Source: Pseudoalteromonas tetraodonis
GTDB taxonomy: Bacteria > Pseudomonadota > Gammaproteobacteria > Enterobacterales > Alteromonadaceae
Assembly: GCF_002310835.1 (NCBI RefSeq)
Contig: NZ_CP011041.1
Location: 510,001-542,000, forward strand
Direction: 5' to 3'
Length of the DNA stretch: 32,000 bases
Shown here piece after piece: positions 1 to 9,100 of the stretch. A model generated the notes under the pieces. That model was given only the letters and a program-made list of their open reading frames with translations. It searched no databases and was not told the DNA's origin. Position numbers and translations under genes: made by a program. Within the stretch, counting starts at the first letter, position 1. Each line of letters opens with the position of its first letter.

Positions 1-39
1 AATACTTTCTTTAAAAATTTCTTTTATTGTGTCTTGCAT
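1..39 (-). CDS. diaA: N-terminal 13 codons of a DiaA/SIS-domain (phosphoheptose-isomerase-like) protein; the gene runs off the left edge of the window
   Basis: The reverse complement of 1-39 reads ATG CAA GAC ACA ATA AAA GAA ATT TTT AAA GAA AGT ATT = MQDTIKEIFKESI. By my recollection this resembles the E. coli DiaA N-terminus MQERIKACFTESI. Its position downstream of lpoA-yraN on the same strand matches the E. coli lpoA-yraN-diaA order. Only 13 codons are visible. Confidence 0.5.
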   Translation of the reverse strand, partial: MQDTIKEIFKESI

Positions 40-190
40 GGATTACCAACAATTAATATCTAATTCTGTGTGAGCTCACACCCGCTTTATTAAGGATGAT
101 GATTTTTAGAAGCAGCTTGTTAATTTTTAACTACGCATTAATGCATTTAGCTGTTGTAATAATTGCTCACTCATTTGTATGTGCTCGGTA

Positions 191-562
191 TTAAAATACG
201 TTTTTTAGCCAGTTTATGTGTAGTGATGGCTCGCCTGTTATAGCAACATAATCAATACGTAATGGCTGATTCTTTAAGTTTTTAGCCGCGAGGTAATGAT
301 AAATAGTTCGTCTTAATTTTGCTTGCTTTTGCGGGCTTAAAGCATAATTAGCGCCGCCTTTTATATTATTTTTACGAAACTTAACCTCAACAAACACTAA
401 GGTGTCACCGTCTTTCATAATGACATCAAGTTCGCCATAGGGGCAGTAGTAATTACGCTCAATCGCTTTTAAGCCTTGTGCTTCTAAATACTTTTGCGCT
501 TGGCGCTCATAATACTGGCCTTTTTCACGACTATTTTGCCACAGCTGTTTAAACCACGACAT
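191..562 (-). CDS. yraN: YraN family protein (UPF0102, predicted restriction-endonuclease-fold nuclease)
   Basis: This is a 123-aa ORF with the typical size and sequence of the family (GELDVIMKDGDTLVFVEVKFR core). It has an ATG start with an AAGGGG Shine-Dalgarno 6 nt upstream. It lies directly downstream of lpoA, as in E. coli. Confidence 0.85.
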   Translation of the reverse strand: MSWFKQLWQNSREKGQYYERQAQKYLEAQGLKAIERNYYCPYGELDVIMKDGDTLVFVEVKFRKNNIKGGANYALSPQKQAKLRRTIYHYLAAKNLKNQPLRIDYVAITGEPSLHINWLKNVF

Positions 563-571
563 GTCGACCCC

Positions 572-2452
572 TTAGTTAATTATGGTTATGCCATCGTTAG
601 CTGATTGCATAAATAGCGGTACAGGGCGTTGTGTTTTTAACTCCACCGGTTTTATTCGGCGGTTGCTGTACTGAGCCCATTGCAGTGAACGTTCAATATC
701 ACCGGCACTATTAATCGACAATTTACCGCTCAACCCTGAAAAGTATTTATCGGGTGTAACACTCAATTGTCTAATATCGTTAAGCATGGTGACGGAATCA
801 TAAGCCATCGCAAATAAACGTTGGCTTATATCGGCTTGTTCAGGCCATAAATCATTGTATTGCTGACGCAGATTATGTTGCTTAATTTGTGAGTCTAACA
901 TCCAAGGCAGTTCAGTAAAGTAGAGTCCGTCTAAATCACCTTTGTCAGTGGTATCTATTTGCTTACTGTGGCTTTTAGAGCTGGCGTAAATAGGAATTCT
1001 ATCGGCAAAGGTACTCACATTAACATCAAGGTAAGGCTTAATTAATCGGGTTTCAATGGCGTCGCCGAGTATGTAAATGGCATCAATATCTCCACGTGAG
1101 CGTGTTTCGCTTTCAACTTCTTTATTAAAAAGTGCTTTAACAGATTTAATACGCTCTTTTGACTTATCAACTTCTAACAAGCTAGTAATCGTATTGGGCA
1201 TATCTTTGTTATCGTTGTAAAAACCAACTTGCGTGGTTGTTTCACTATAGCGTTGCCACTGCAGATTAAAGTAGTCAACTAAGCGCTGGCCATTGGTATT
1301 ATTTGGCGCTAGCAACATCGGCTTTTGATAACCCTGTGCTAAAAAGTGCTCTAGCGTTTGCTGTACTTCATGTTCAGGATTAAGCGCAAAAAAGTAATGT
1401 TGCAGCGAGGTTCTTTCGCCATCAAAGGTATTTAAATGTAAGGTGGGTATATCGAGTAATGTATTGATATTAGCGAGCTTATCTATATTGGCTTTTAATA
1501 GTGGACCAATAACAAAGTCAGGCTGTAACTGAGAAATTTGTGCGCTCAACGCTTCTGTTTCAGTGTTTTCATCTATAAACAGTGTTTCGTTGATCTCTTT
1601 TTTATCAAGGGCTGCCAATATACCGGCTTTTAAGGCATCCCCAAGGCGCTTATTAGCACCTGACTGAGGCAGTAAAACAACCAAACGCTCAATATTAATT
1701 GGCGCTAATTCATTAGCATACGTTTCTTGTTTTGGCAGTACATTGTTACCAGGATGCCCCAGGTAACGGCGGCGCCAATTATTAATGGCTTGGTCTAAAT
1801 CAACCGAGCTGTTGGCGTAAACTTGATGATACAAAGCTAAGTTAACCCAACCTTGTTGGATCACAGAACCACGGTTAAATCGTTCTAATGCGTAAGATGA
1901 GAGTTGCTTTAAATTTTTCCAAAGTGCATCACTAAGCTGAGGAATTGAAATAGTGTTTTTAGTTGCAGATTCTGACGCCGCAAAAAAATAGGGTGCAGCA
2001 CGTTTTGGCAAGTTTTGAGAAGCAAAAATGCTGGCAGTTAAAAATTGGTGCCAGGCAAAATGTTCGGGTTGCTTGAGTTGTCCCTCAAGTGAGTTTAAAA
2101 CTTCAAGTGCTTGCTGGTTTTTATTCTGCTCTTTTTGTGCAAAGGCAATATATAAACGGTTTTGAATTTGATCAACACTGGCAGTAAGTGCAAGTTCGCT
2201 ACATATTGTTTCGAGTAGCGGCCAGTTTTCTTCAGTAATGGCGCTATCACGGGCACTATAAAGCAGTTGAATTTTATCCGCACCAAAACGGTTTTGCGCT
2301 AATTGATAAATCGATTGCGCGTTCAGTGCTTCATTTTTCAGCGTATTGGCACTGCTATTTAAGTTATCGCTGGTTTTAGTTGGTTTTTCGGTTGTGCTAC
2401 ACGCCGATAACCCTGACAATATAATTAATAGACTAACTAGTTTAAGTCGCAC
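572..2452 (-). CDS. lpoA: Penicillin-binding protein activator LpoA (outer-membrane lipoprotein)
   Basis: This is a 626-aa ORF with a GTG start. It has an N-terminal signal peptide with the lipobox LSAC followed by Ser at +2. It is divergent from rsmI and upstream of yraN, which is the conserved gammaproteobacterial arrangement. Confidence 0.85.
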   Translation of the reverse strand: MRLKLVSLLIILSGLSACSTTEKPTKTSDNLNSSANTLKNEALNAQSIYQLAQNRFGADKIQLLYSARDSAITEENWPLLETICSELALTASVDQIQNRLYIAFAQKEQNKNQQALEVLNSLEGQLKQPEHFAWHQFLTASIFASQNLPKRAAPYFFAASESATKNTISIPQLSDALWKNLKQLSSYALERFNRGSVIQQGWVNLALYHQVYANSSVDLDQAINNWRRRYLGHPGNNVLPKQETYANELAPINIERLVVLLPQSGANKRLGDALKAGILAALDKKEINETLFIDENTETEALSAQISQLQPDFVIGPLLKANIDKLANINTLLDIPTLHLNTFDGERTSLQHYFFALNPEHEVQQTLEHFLAQGYQKPMLLAPNNTNGQRLVDYFNLQWQRYSETTTQVGFYNDNKDMPNTITSLLEVDKSKERIKSVKALFNKEVESETRSRGDIDAIYILGDAIETRLIKPYLDVNVSTFADRIPIYASSKSHSKQIDTTDKGDLDGLYFTELPWMLDSQIKQHNLRQQYNDLWPEQADISQRLFAMAYDSVTMLNDIRQLSVTPDKYFSGLSGKLSINSAGDIERSLQWAQYSNRRIKPVELKTQRPVPLFMQSANDGITIIN

Positions 2453-2512
2453 AATGATTTCCCATACGTTAACGCGATTTGCTTATATTACTGACTGACG
2501 CAGGAGACCTCA

Positions 2513-3370
2513 ATGTTAAATGAGGAGAATTCACAGAAAATTGGCACTCTTTACGTTGTTGCCACCCCAATCGGCAATTATGACGACTTAAGTCAGCGTG
2601 CAATCGCGACATTATCGCAGGTTGACTTAATCGCTGCTGAAGACACTCGCCATACTGGCAAGCTACTCAGCCACTTTGGTATTAAGGCTAAAACCTTTGC
2701 GTTACATGACCATAATGAAAAGCAAAAAGCGCAGCAAATTATCGACCAACTTAATCAAGGGTTAAATATTGCGTTAGTATCCGATGCCGGCACGCCGCTT
2801 ATAAGCGACCCTGGTTATGCCGTTGTTAATTTATGCCGTGAGCAGGGCGCACTTGTCACACCTGTACCTGGTGCATGCGCTGCTATTACGGCGGTATGTT
2901 GTTCAGGGCTGCCAACCGACCGTTTTCAGTTTGTTGGCTTTACGCCCGCTAAAAGTAAAGCACGCCAAGACTTTTTTATTGATGCGGTTAACTCAAGTAT
3001 TACCAGTATTATGTATGAAAGTACCCACCGTATTATGGCAAGCTTAGACGATTTAGAAGCAGCGCTAGGTGGTGAGCAGCAAGTGGTATTTGCCAAAGAG
3101 CTCACTAAAACATTTGAAACCTTTTTTAATGGCACAGTGACTGAGTTAAAGCAGTTTTTAACTGACGATCCTACTAAACAGCGCGGTGAAATAGTACTTA
3201 TGCTGCCGGGTAAACCTAAGGTAGTTGACGATATTCCGCCAGAGGCACGCAAAATGTTAGCGCTACTTGAAAACGAAATGCCAATGAAAAAAGCCTGTGG
3301 CGTGGTGGCCGATTACTTTGGTATGAAGAAAAACGCGCTGTATAAAACAATTATTGAAGAAAAACAGTAA
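2513..3370 (+). CDS. rsmI: 16S rRNA (cytidine1402-2'-O)-methyltransferase RsmI
   Basis: This 285-aa ORF is strongly similar to E. coli RsmI (LYVVATPIGN, DLIAAEDTRHTGKLL, ALVSDAGTPLISDPGY, YESTHR motifs). An AGGAG Shine-Dalgarno at 2502-2506 lies 6 nt before the ATG. Confidence 0.95.
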   Translation: MLNEENSQKIGTLYVVATPIGNYDDLSQRAIATLSQVDLIAAEDTRHTGKLLSHFGIKAKTFALHDHNEKQKAQQIIDQLNQGLNIALVSDAGTPLISDPGYAVVNLCREQGALVTPVPGACAAITAVCCSGLPTDRFQFVGFTPAKSKARQDFFIDAVNSSITSIMYESTHRIMASLDDLEAALGGEQQVVFAKELTKTFETFFNGTVTELKQFLTDDPTKQRGEIVLMLPGKPKVVDDIPPEARKMLALLENEMPMKKACGVVADYFGMKKNALYKTIIEEKQ

Positions 3371-3400
3371 ATGTTTACTGCGTAGTGTGGTGCTCTCATG

Positions 3401-3406
3401 TATACT
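3401..3406 (+). promoter_or_regulatory. Candidate -10 hexamer (TATACT) of the rnpB promoter
   Basis: TATACT lies 7 nt upstream of the predicted mature 5' end of the RNase P RNA. In E. coli the rnpB transcript starts at the mature 5' end. I found no convincing -35 element at 17-bp spacing. Confidence 0.3.
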
Positions 3407-3413
3407 GCGCGCC

Positions 3414-3777
<364 letters not shown>

Positions 3778-3784
3778 ATTCAAT

Positions 3785-3818
3785 AAAAAAGCCCGCAGTT
3801 AACGCTGCGGGCTTTTTT
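3785..3818. terminator. Bidirectional rho-independent terminator shared by rnpB (+) and the MscS-family gene (-)
   Basis: The sequence is AAAAAA-GCCCGCAG-ttaacg-CTGCGGGC-TTTTTT. It has an 8-bp GC-rich stem (3791-3798 / 3805-3812) flanked by an A-tract and a T-tract, so it reads as a terminator on both strands. Confidence 0.75.
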
Positions 3819-3883
3819 GTGTTTGGAATAAGCTGTCAGGTTGCGGGCGTCAGGCTACGGGTTGCGGGCTTAAAACCTAACAA

Positions 3884-5113
3884 CTAACCCCGGCGCGAGG
3901 TAGACTTCCGCCAATAGGAACAAAAAAACCTTGTAATGTTAACCGCAAGGCTTTTAAAATTCTCGAACCTCGAACCTCGAACCTCGAACCTCGAACCTCG
4001 AACCTCGAACCTCGAACCTCGAACTGGGTCGCGTGATTCATCGGCTTGCTCGCGAATATCATCCGTATCACTACTTACATCATCAATACTGTGTTCATGC
4101 TCTGTGATTTTATGTTTTTGAATATGTGATTGCTCGTTAATTTCTTCTGTTGTCTCTGTTTTAGCTTCGTTTGCTATGGGGTAAATGTCTTCACCTTGGC
4201 TATTGAGCAATACACGCTCTCTGGCATCGTCAGGCATACTTATATTATGTTGCGTAAAACTGTTAATTAACTCTCTCATAAGCTGTGAGGCTACTTTAAC
4301 AATGCTGTATTGTTCGCCGTTGACCCAAAAGTAAACAGTAAAATTGATAGTGGCGGAGCCTAAGTTATCAACCAATACTTGGGGAGGTGGATCGCTAAGC
4401 ACAGAGTTTTGTTTTTTTATAACACTAATAGCAAGACTTTGTGCGTCGCGAATGTCATTATCGTAGCCAATACCGATTGAAAAATGACCGCGCATTTTTG
4501 GATTAGCGGTTAAGTTTTTAATGGTATTTTTATACACAGTCGCATTGGGTATTTGAATATGATTGCCATCGTAGTCAACTAAAGTGGTTGCCCGTGCAGT
4601 TACTTTTTTAACAATACCAATTCTGCCATCAACTTCTATTACATCATCTATTTTAAATGGACGCTGTACACTTAAAAGTAAACTGGCAATAAAGTTCTCA
4701 GCAATATCCCGAAAGGCAAAGCCTAAAATAAGCCCAATTAATCCGGTGCCACTCATAATTGCGACCGCGAATTCGGTAAGTCCTGCCAAGCGTAAAAATA
4801 GATAAAACCCGAGTAAAATAATTAAGGTGCTAATACCTCGCCTCGCAACTAGATGTACTAATTTACTCTTGGTCATGTAAGTAACAGGCTTTATTAACAA
4901 GCGTGATAATGGTGTGGCAATTAAATAACTAATCACCAAAATAACAATCCCTAATAATAAAGTGGGCAGTAATTGCATGAATGTGTGTAGTAATTGCACG
5001 CTTTGATCTTTTAAAAAGCTCCAAGAAATTGAGTTTGGCTTAACGGTGTCGATTGCTGGAATTGATGTGTTATTAGCGAGTGTTGCAATTAAAGCACTGA
5101 GCATAGAGGTCAT
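3884..5113 (-). CDS. Mechanosensitive ion channel family protein (MscS-like), with a repeat-encoded C-terminal tail
   Basis: It carries the MscS-family signature region (GLILGFAFRDIAENFIASLLLSVQRPFKIDDVIEVDG.IGIV..V..R.T) preceded by TM helices. The ORF track begins at a TTG at 5191, and I prefer the first ATG at 5113 (MTSMLSAL...). The last ~50 codons include the heptamer repeat, which encodes (VRGSRFE)x3, and a low-plausibility tail, so the functional stop is uncertain. Confidence 0.85.
   Translation of the reverse strand: MTSMLSALIATLANNTSIPAIDTVKPNSISWSFLKDQSVQLLHTFMQLLPTLLLGIVILVISYLIATPLSRLLIKPVTYMTKSKLVHLVARRGISTLIILLGFYLFLRLAGLTEFAVAIMSGTGLIGLILGFAFRDIAENFIASLLLSVQRPFKIDDVIEVDGRIGIVKKVTARATTLVDYDGNHIQIPNATVYKNTIKNLTANPKMRGHFSIGIGYDNDIRDAQSLAISVIKKQNSVLSDPPPQVLVDNLGSATINFTVYFWVNGEQYSIVKVASQLMRELINSFTQHNISMPDDARERVLLNSQGEDIYPIANEAKTETTEEINEQSHIQKHKITEHEHSIDDVSSDTDDIREQADESRDPVRGSRFEVRGSRFEVRGSRFENFKSLAVNITRFFCSYWRKSTSRRG
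3962..4024. repeat. Perfect tandem repeat: 9 copies of the heptanucleotide CTCGAAC (GTTCGAG on the coding strand)
   Basis: By direct reading, units start at 3962, 3969, 3976, 3983, 3990, 3997, 4004, 4011 and 4018 with no mismatch. The flanks do not extend the repeat. Confidence 0.97.
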
Positions 5114-5227
5114 CCGTGTTAGGTCGAAGTAATTAGGGTCTGTGTTAAACAATAGCAGCAAGTTTAATACCAAGCAGTATTTGTTTGGCAAACATTTTGC
5201 TACTTAATTAGGAAAAGGGAGTTAACT

Positions 5228-6175
5228 ATGAGTGACTTTAAGCGTGGCCAAAGAGCCAAGCAGCCTAACCATATCCCTCTGCGTGGCTGGTGGGATATTG
5301 CAAAGCGAATAGTAAAACAAATGAGCCGTGATAATTTATCTTTAGTGGCGGCTGGCGTGGCATTTTATGCGTTACTGGCTATTTTTCCCGCCATTGCGGC
5401 ATTGGTGTCTGTGTATGCTTATTTTGCATCACCGAATGATATTAGTGTGTATTTAAGTCAGTTTATGGCGTTATTACCACAAAGCACTCAAGAAATTATT
5501 TTATCTCAAGTTTCAAGTCTTGCGCAAAAGTCACAAACTAGTTTAAGCCTTAGTGCGCTGGGTACTTTACTGTTAACTATCTGGAGTAGCTCTAAGGGCA
5601 GCCAAGCGTTGATCACAGCATGTAATATTAGTTATCACGAATACGAAAAACGCTCATTCTTAAAGGCGCAACTTGTGCGTTTGTTATTTTCAGTGGGTGC
5701 AATTGTGGTGGCTGTAATAGCACTGGTAATTATAGGTATATTACCGCTAGCGCTTAATTTACTCGGAATTAAAGAGAGTATTGATTTTTTAATCATGCTT
5801 ATATCATGGCCGTTGCTGGCATTGACCTTTAACTTTGCATTATTAATTTTATACCGTTATGCGCCTCACAGAAAAGCAGCTAAATGGCGCTGGGTTACCG
5901 TGGGCTCATTCACCGCCACCGTATTATGGATTGTGGCATCTTTTGGCTTTTCATTTTATGTATCTCATTTTGCTAGTTACAACGAAACATATGGCTCTTT
6001 AGGTGGAGTGGTTATTATGCTTATGTGGCTATTTATTAGCGCTTATATCATTATTTTGGGAGCCACAATCAATGCTGCGTTAGAGCAGCAAACCGCTCAA
6101 GACAGCACCATTGGACCAGATAAAAAAAGAGGGCAGCGAGGTGCGTATGTAGCAGACCACCTCGACACAAAATAA
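5228..6175 (+). CDS. YihY/virulence factor BrkB family membrane protein
   Basis: This 315-aa polytopic membrane protein has the family-typical N-terminus (WWDI..R........L.L.AAGVAFYALLAIFPAI). A GGGAG Shine-Dalgarno lies upstream of the ATG. Confidence 0.85.
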   Translation: MSDFKRGQRAKQPNHIPLRGWWDIAKRIVKQMSRDNLSLVAAGVAFYALLAIFPAIAALVSVYAYFASPNDISVYLSQFMALLPQSTQEIILSQVSSLAQKSQTSLSLSALGTLLLTIWSSSKGSQALITACNISYHEYEKRSFLKAQLVRLLFSVGAIVVAVIALVIIGILPLALNLLGIKESIDFLIMLISWPLLALTFNFALLILYRYAPHRKAAKWRWVTVGSFTATVLWIVASFGFSFYVSHFASYNETYGSLGGVVIMLMWLFISAYIIILGATINAALEQQTAQDSTIGPDKKRGQRGAYVADHLDTK

Positions 6176-6198
6176 CCAGTATTAGGGCTAAATGACTT

Positions 6199-9100
6199 TT
6201 ATTTTAAACTAATTACTTGATTTGTTGTTATCAGCTGCATAAACGAGGCTTTGTGCAGCGGCTTTGAAAACAAATAGCCTTGGCCATAATCACAACCGGC
6301 CTCAAGTAATAAATCCATTTGTAATTTTGTTTCTATGCCTTCGGCAATCACTTTTAAACCAAGCTGATGAGCCATCATGATAATTGCTTCACACAAAGCC
6401 AGCTCTTGACTGCCTTTTTGAATATTATCAACAAAGCGTTTATCTATTTTTAGGTAGTCGGTATCCATTTCTTGCAAGTAAGCAAGCGATGAATAACCGG
6501 TGCCAAAGTCATCAAGGGCCAATTGCATCCCTGACTTAACCAAGGCTTTCAAACGACTTTGGGTAAGTTCTTCAGGGTTAACCATTAAGCCTTCAGTAAT
6601 TTCGGCCACAATCGCTGAGGCTGGTATATTTGCCGTTGCTAGCATATCGTACCATTCGTCTATGCCGCTATCGACGGTTGCCAATTGCACTGGTGAAACG
6701 TTAATGCTTATTTGAAATTCATCTTGAATGTGTTTTTTAATATCATTAAGTGTTTGTAGTGCCTCAGCAAATACAAATTGACCCAGCGCATTTATTTGTC
6801 TGGTTTCTTCAGCAAGAGGAATAAAGTCAGCAGGGCTGATCAGGCCTTTTTCTGGGTGTTGCCAACGAATAAGTCCCTCAGCTTTATGAACGTGTAAATC
6901 ATCAAGCGATACGATAGGTTGGTAATACAATTCAAATTGTTCTAGCTCTATAGCTGAGCGAAGCTCTTTGAGTAGTTGCATTCTTGCGTTTGCATCTTCA
7001 CGCATATCATGTGAGAAAAATTCAAAGCCATTGCGACCGCTATTTTTTGCTTTATACATAGCTTGGTCAGCGGCTTTAAGTAATTGCTCTGGATTTTGGC
7101 CATCATCTGGCGCGCAGGCAATACCAATACTGGCACTGATATACACTTTTTCATCTTCAATAAAAATAGTGGAGGCAAGGCTAAGCAAAAGTGATTTTGC
7201 CATTTGCTTTATATTATCGCTGCCATGTAAATCACTAAATACAACAACAAACTCGTCTCCGCCAATTCGTGCTACAAAGTCAGCCTCTTTGGCCGTTTGC
7301 ACAATTCGCTCAGATACTAACTTAAGTAATCTATCGCCGTAATGGTGGCCCAATGTGTCGTTAATATCTTTAAAATGATCAATATCTAATAGCATAATGA
7401 CCAGTTTTTGATCTGCATTGGTAAGGTTTGCGAATCGTAGATTTAAGCGCTCTTTTAGTTCTAATCGATTAGGCAAGTCGGTTAAATGATCAAAGTGCGC
7501 TTGTCGCCAAATTAATTCATCTGCTTGTTTTTTCTCGGTTAGGTCGGTAAAAATAGCAATACGACTAGTCGGGGCTTTATTTTTATCGTAAATAGTATCG
7601 ATGGTTAACCATTCAACATACAGCTCGCCATTTTTACGACGATTGGTTATTTCACCTTGCCAACGCCCTGTTTTATTGAGCGATTGCCACATGTAATTAT
7701 AAAACTGCTTATCGTGTTTACCCGATGATAAAATACCAATAGTTTGATTGAGTACTTCTTTTCGAGAATACAAAGTTGTTTCACAAAACGCAGGATTCAC
7801 ATCATAAATAACCCCATTTTCATCCGTGATTGCCATGCCTTCACTGCTGTTGTTGTAAACTAATGACGCTAAATGCAACGATTCTTGATTTTGCTTTCGT
7901 TGCGTGATGTTACTAATAACGATAATAAACTCATCGGCTTTTTTCATTGGGCTAATTTTAGCTTCATAAAAATGATTATCTTGTTTATGTTCAAGCTCAA
8001 CAGTGACAGGGGCGTTCAGGGGTATTAAGTACCCTTGCACTTGTTTTAAATTAGCATCAGAGAATAAACACGATAATTTTTTAGGGGGTGTTGAATGGCT
8101 ATAATTTAACGATTTAATACGTCCACCGGTATCAAGAATATTGCCATTGGCATCTACGCGTAAAAAAGCATCGGGTAATGCATTAAGCAGGCTATTGAGC
8201 TCGTCATGCTTATGTTTAAGGCATGCTTCAGCCGTTAAGCGAGTCTCGGCCATGTATTTAAAACGATGGTAAAGTCTATTTAGCTCAGGACTATTGGGCT
8301 GCTCATCGTCATGAGGCATATTACCGGCCGCTAAGCGGTTAACCGCCTGCGTTAAACTTTTAATCGGATTTAAAATGCTTTTATTGACCAGTCGTCTAGC
8401 TAATACAGCTAAAAGAAGAATGGTCATTAAAAATCCTAAAACCATTTTTACAAAGTTAATATCTATCCGCTCAAGTGTTTTATCTATTGGTTGAGTAATA
8501 TAAATAGAGAGCTTATTGTCATTGCCATCTCGATAGAGAGTCGTTTGATGAAAAACTCTACGGATACCATCTTTTCCTTTAAAAATGACACCTGCTTGTA
8601 AATTATGTTCTAAATCAAACTCTTCCAATTTATAACCTAATCTATCGGCTGAAAAAGGGGAGTTGGCTAAAATAAGATTATTAGAGTCAGTGATGGCGAC
8701 TCGAACTTCTGTCGGTAAATTCAAGCTATTAAGTGCCGAGCTCCACCAGTCTAAAGCAATTACAGTTACTATCACGCCTTCAATATCATTGTTTTCATTA
8801 AGAATAGGGGAAGCAAAGTTAATGCTCTGGGCTTCAAGGCTGCGATCGTGCTGGAAATGGCCAATACTAAACTCTTTACTGGCGAGTGCGTTTTTAAAGT
8901 AGGGACGATCACTAACGTTGATATTAGGGGCACCATTATTTGAGGAACAAATTAAATCGCCGTCTTTGTTTACTAAACCAATATTCGCGATATTGCCATT
9001 GAGTGCCTTAACATCTAAAAAATACGAAGGGCAGCGAGAAGATAAAGACTTAATGTCTTTCTGCTTTTTTGCTAAAAACTCAGTAATATGCTCTACATCA

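Noticed and set aside
68-81. A CRP binding site (TGTGA...TCACA)
   Set aside because: CRP needs a 6-bp spacer between TGTGA and TCACA, and the spacer here is only 2 bp (TGTGA-gc-TCACA).
3962-4024. Possible CRISPR array or minisatellite-type mobile element
   Set aside because: The units are 7 bp and directly abutting with no spacers, and no cas genes, leader or transposase are present. It is a simple sequence repeat.
3877-4121. ORFs 3877..4071 (-) and 3936..4121 (+), encoding FEVRGSR and SNLEPRT repeats
   Set aside because: They are alternative-frame and opposite-strand readings of the heptanucleotide repeat, not independent genes. They only illustrate the frame-independence of the repeat peptide.
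5114-5191. N-terminal extensions proposed by the ORF track: MscS from the TTG at 5191, yqjD from the TTG at 11373, ftsW from 20747, ftsQ from the TTG at 25357, and lpxC from the GTG at 28767
   Set aside because: Downstream ATGs are better supported. The evidence is Shine-Dalgarno motifs, ATGA stop/start coupling, or exact agreement with the E. coli N-terminus (MIKQRT for LpxC). The extensions overlap upstream genes or add implausible residues.
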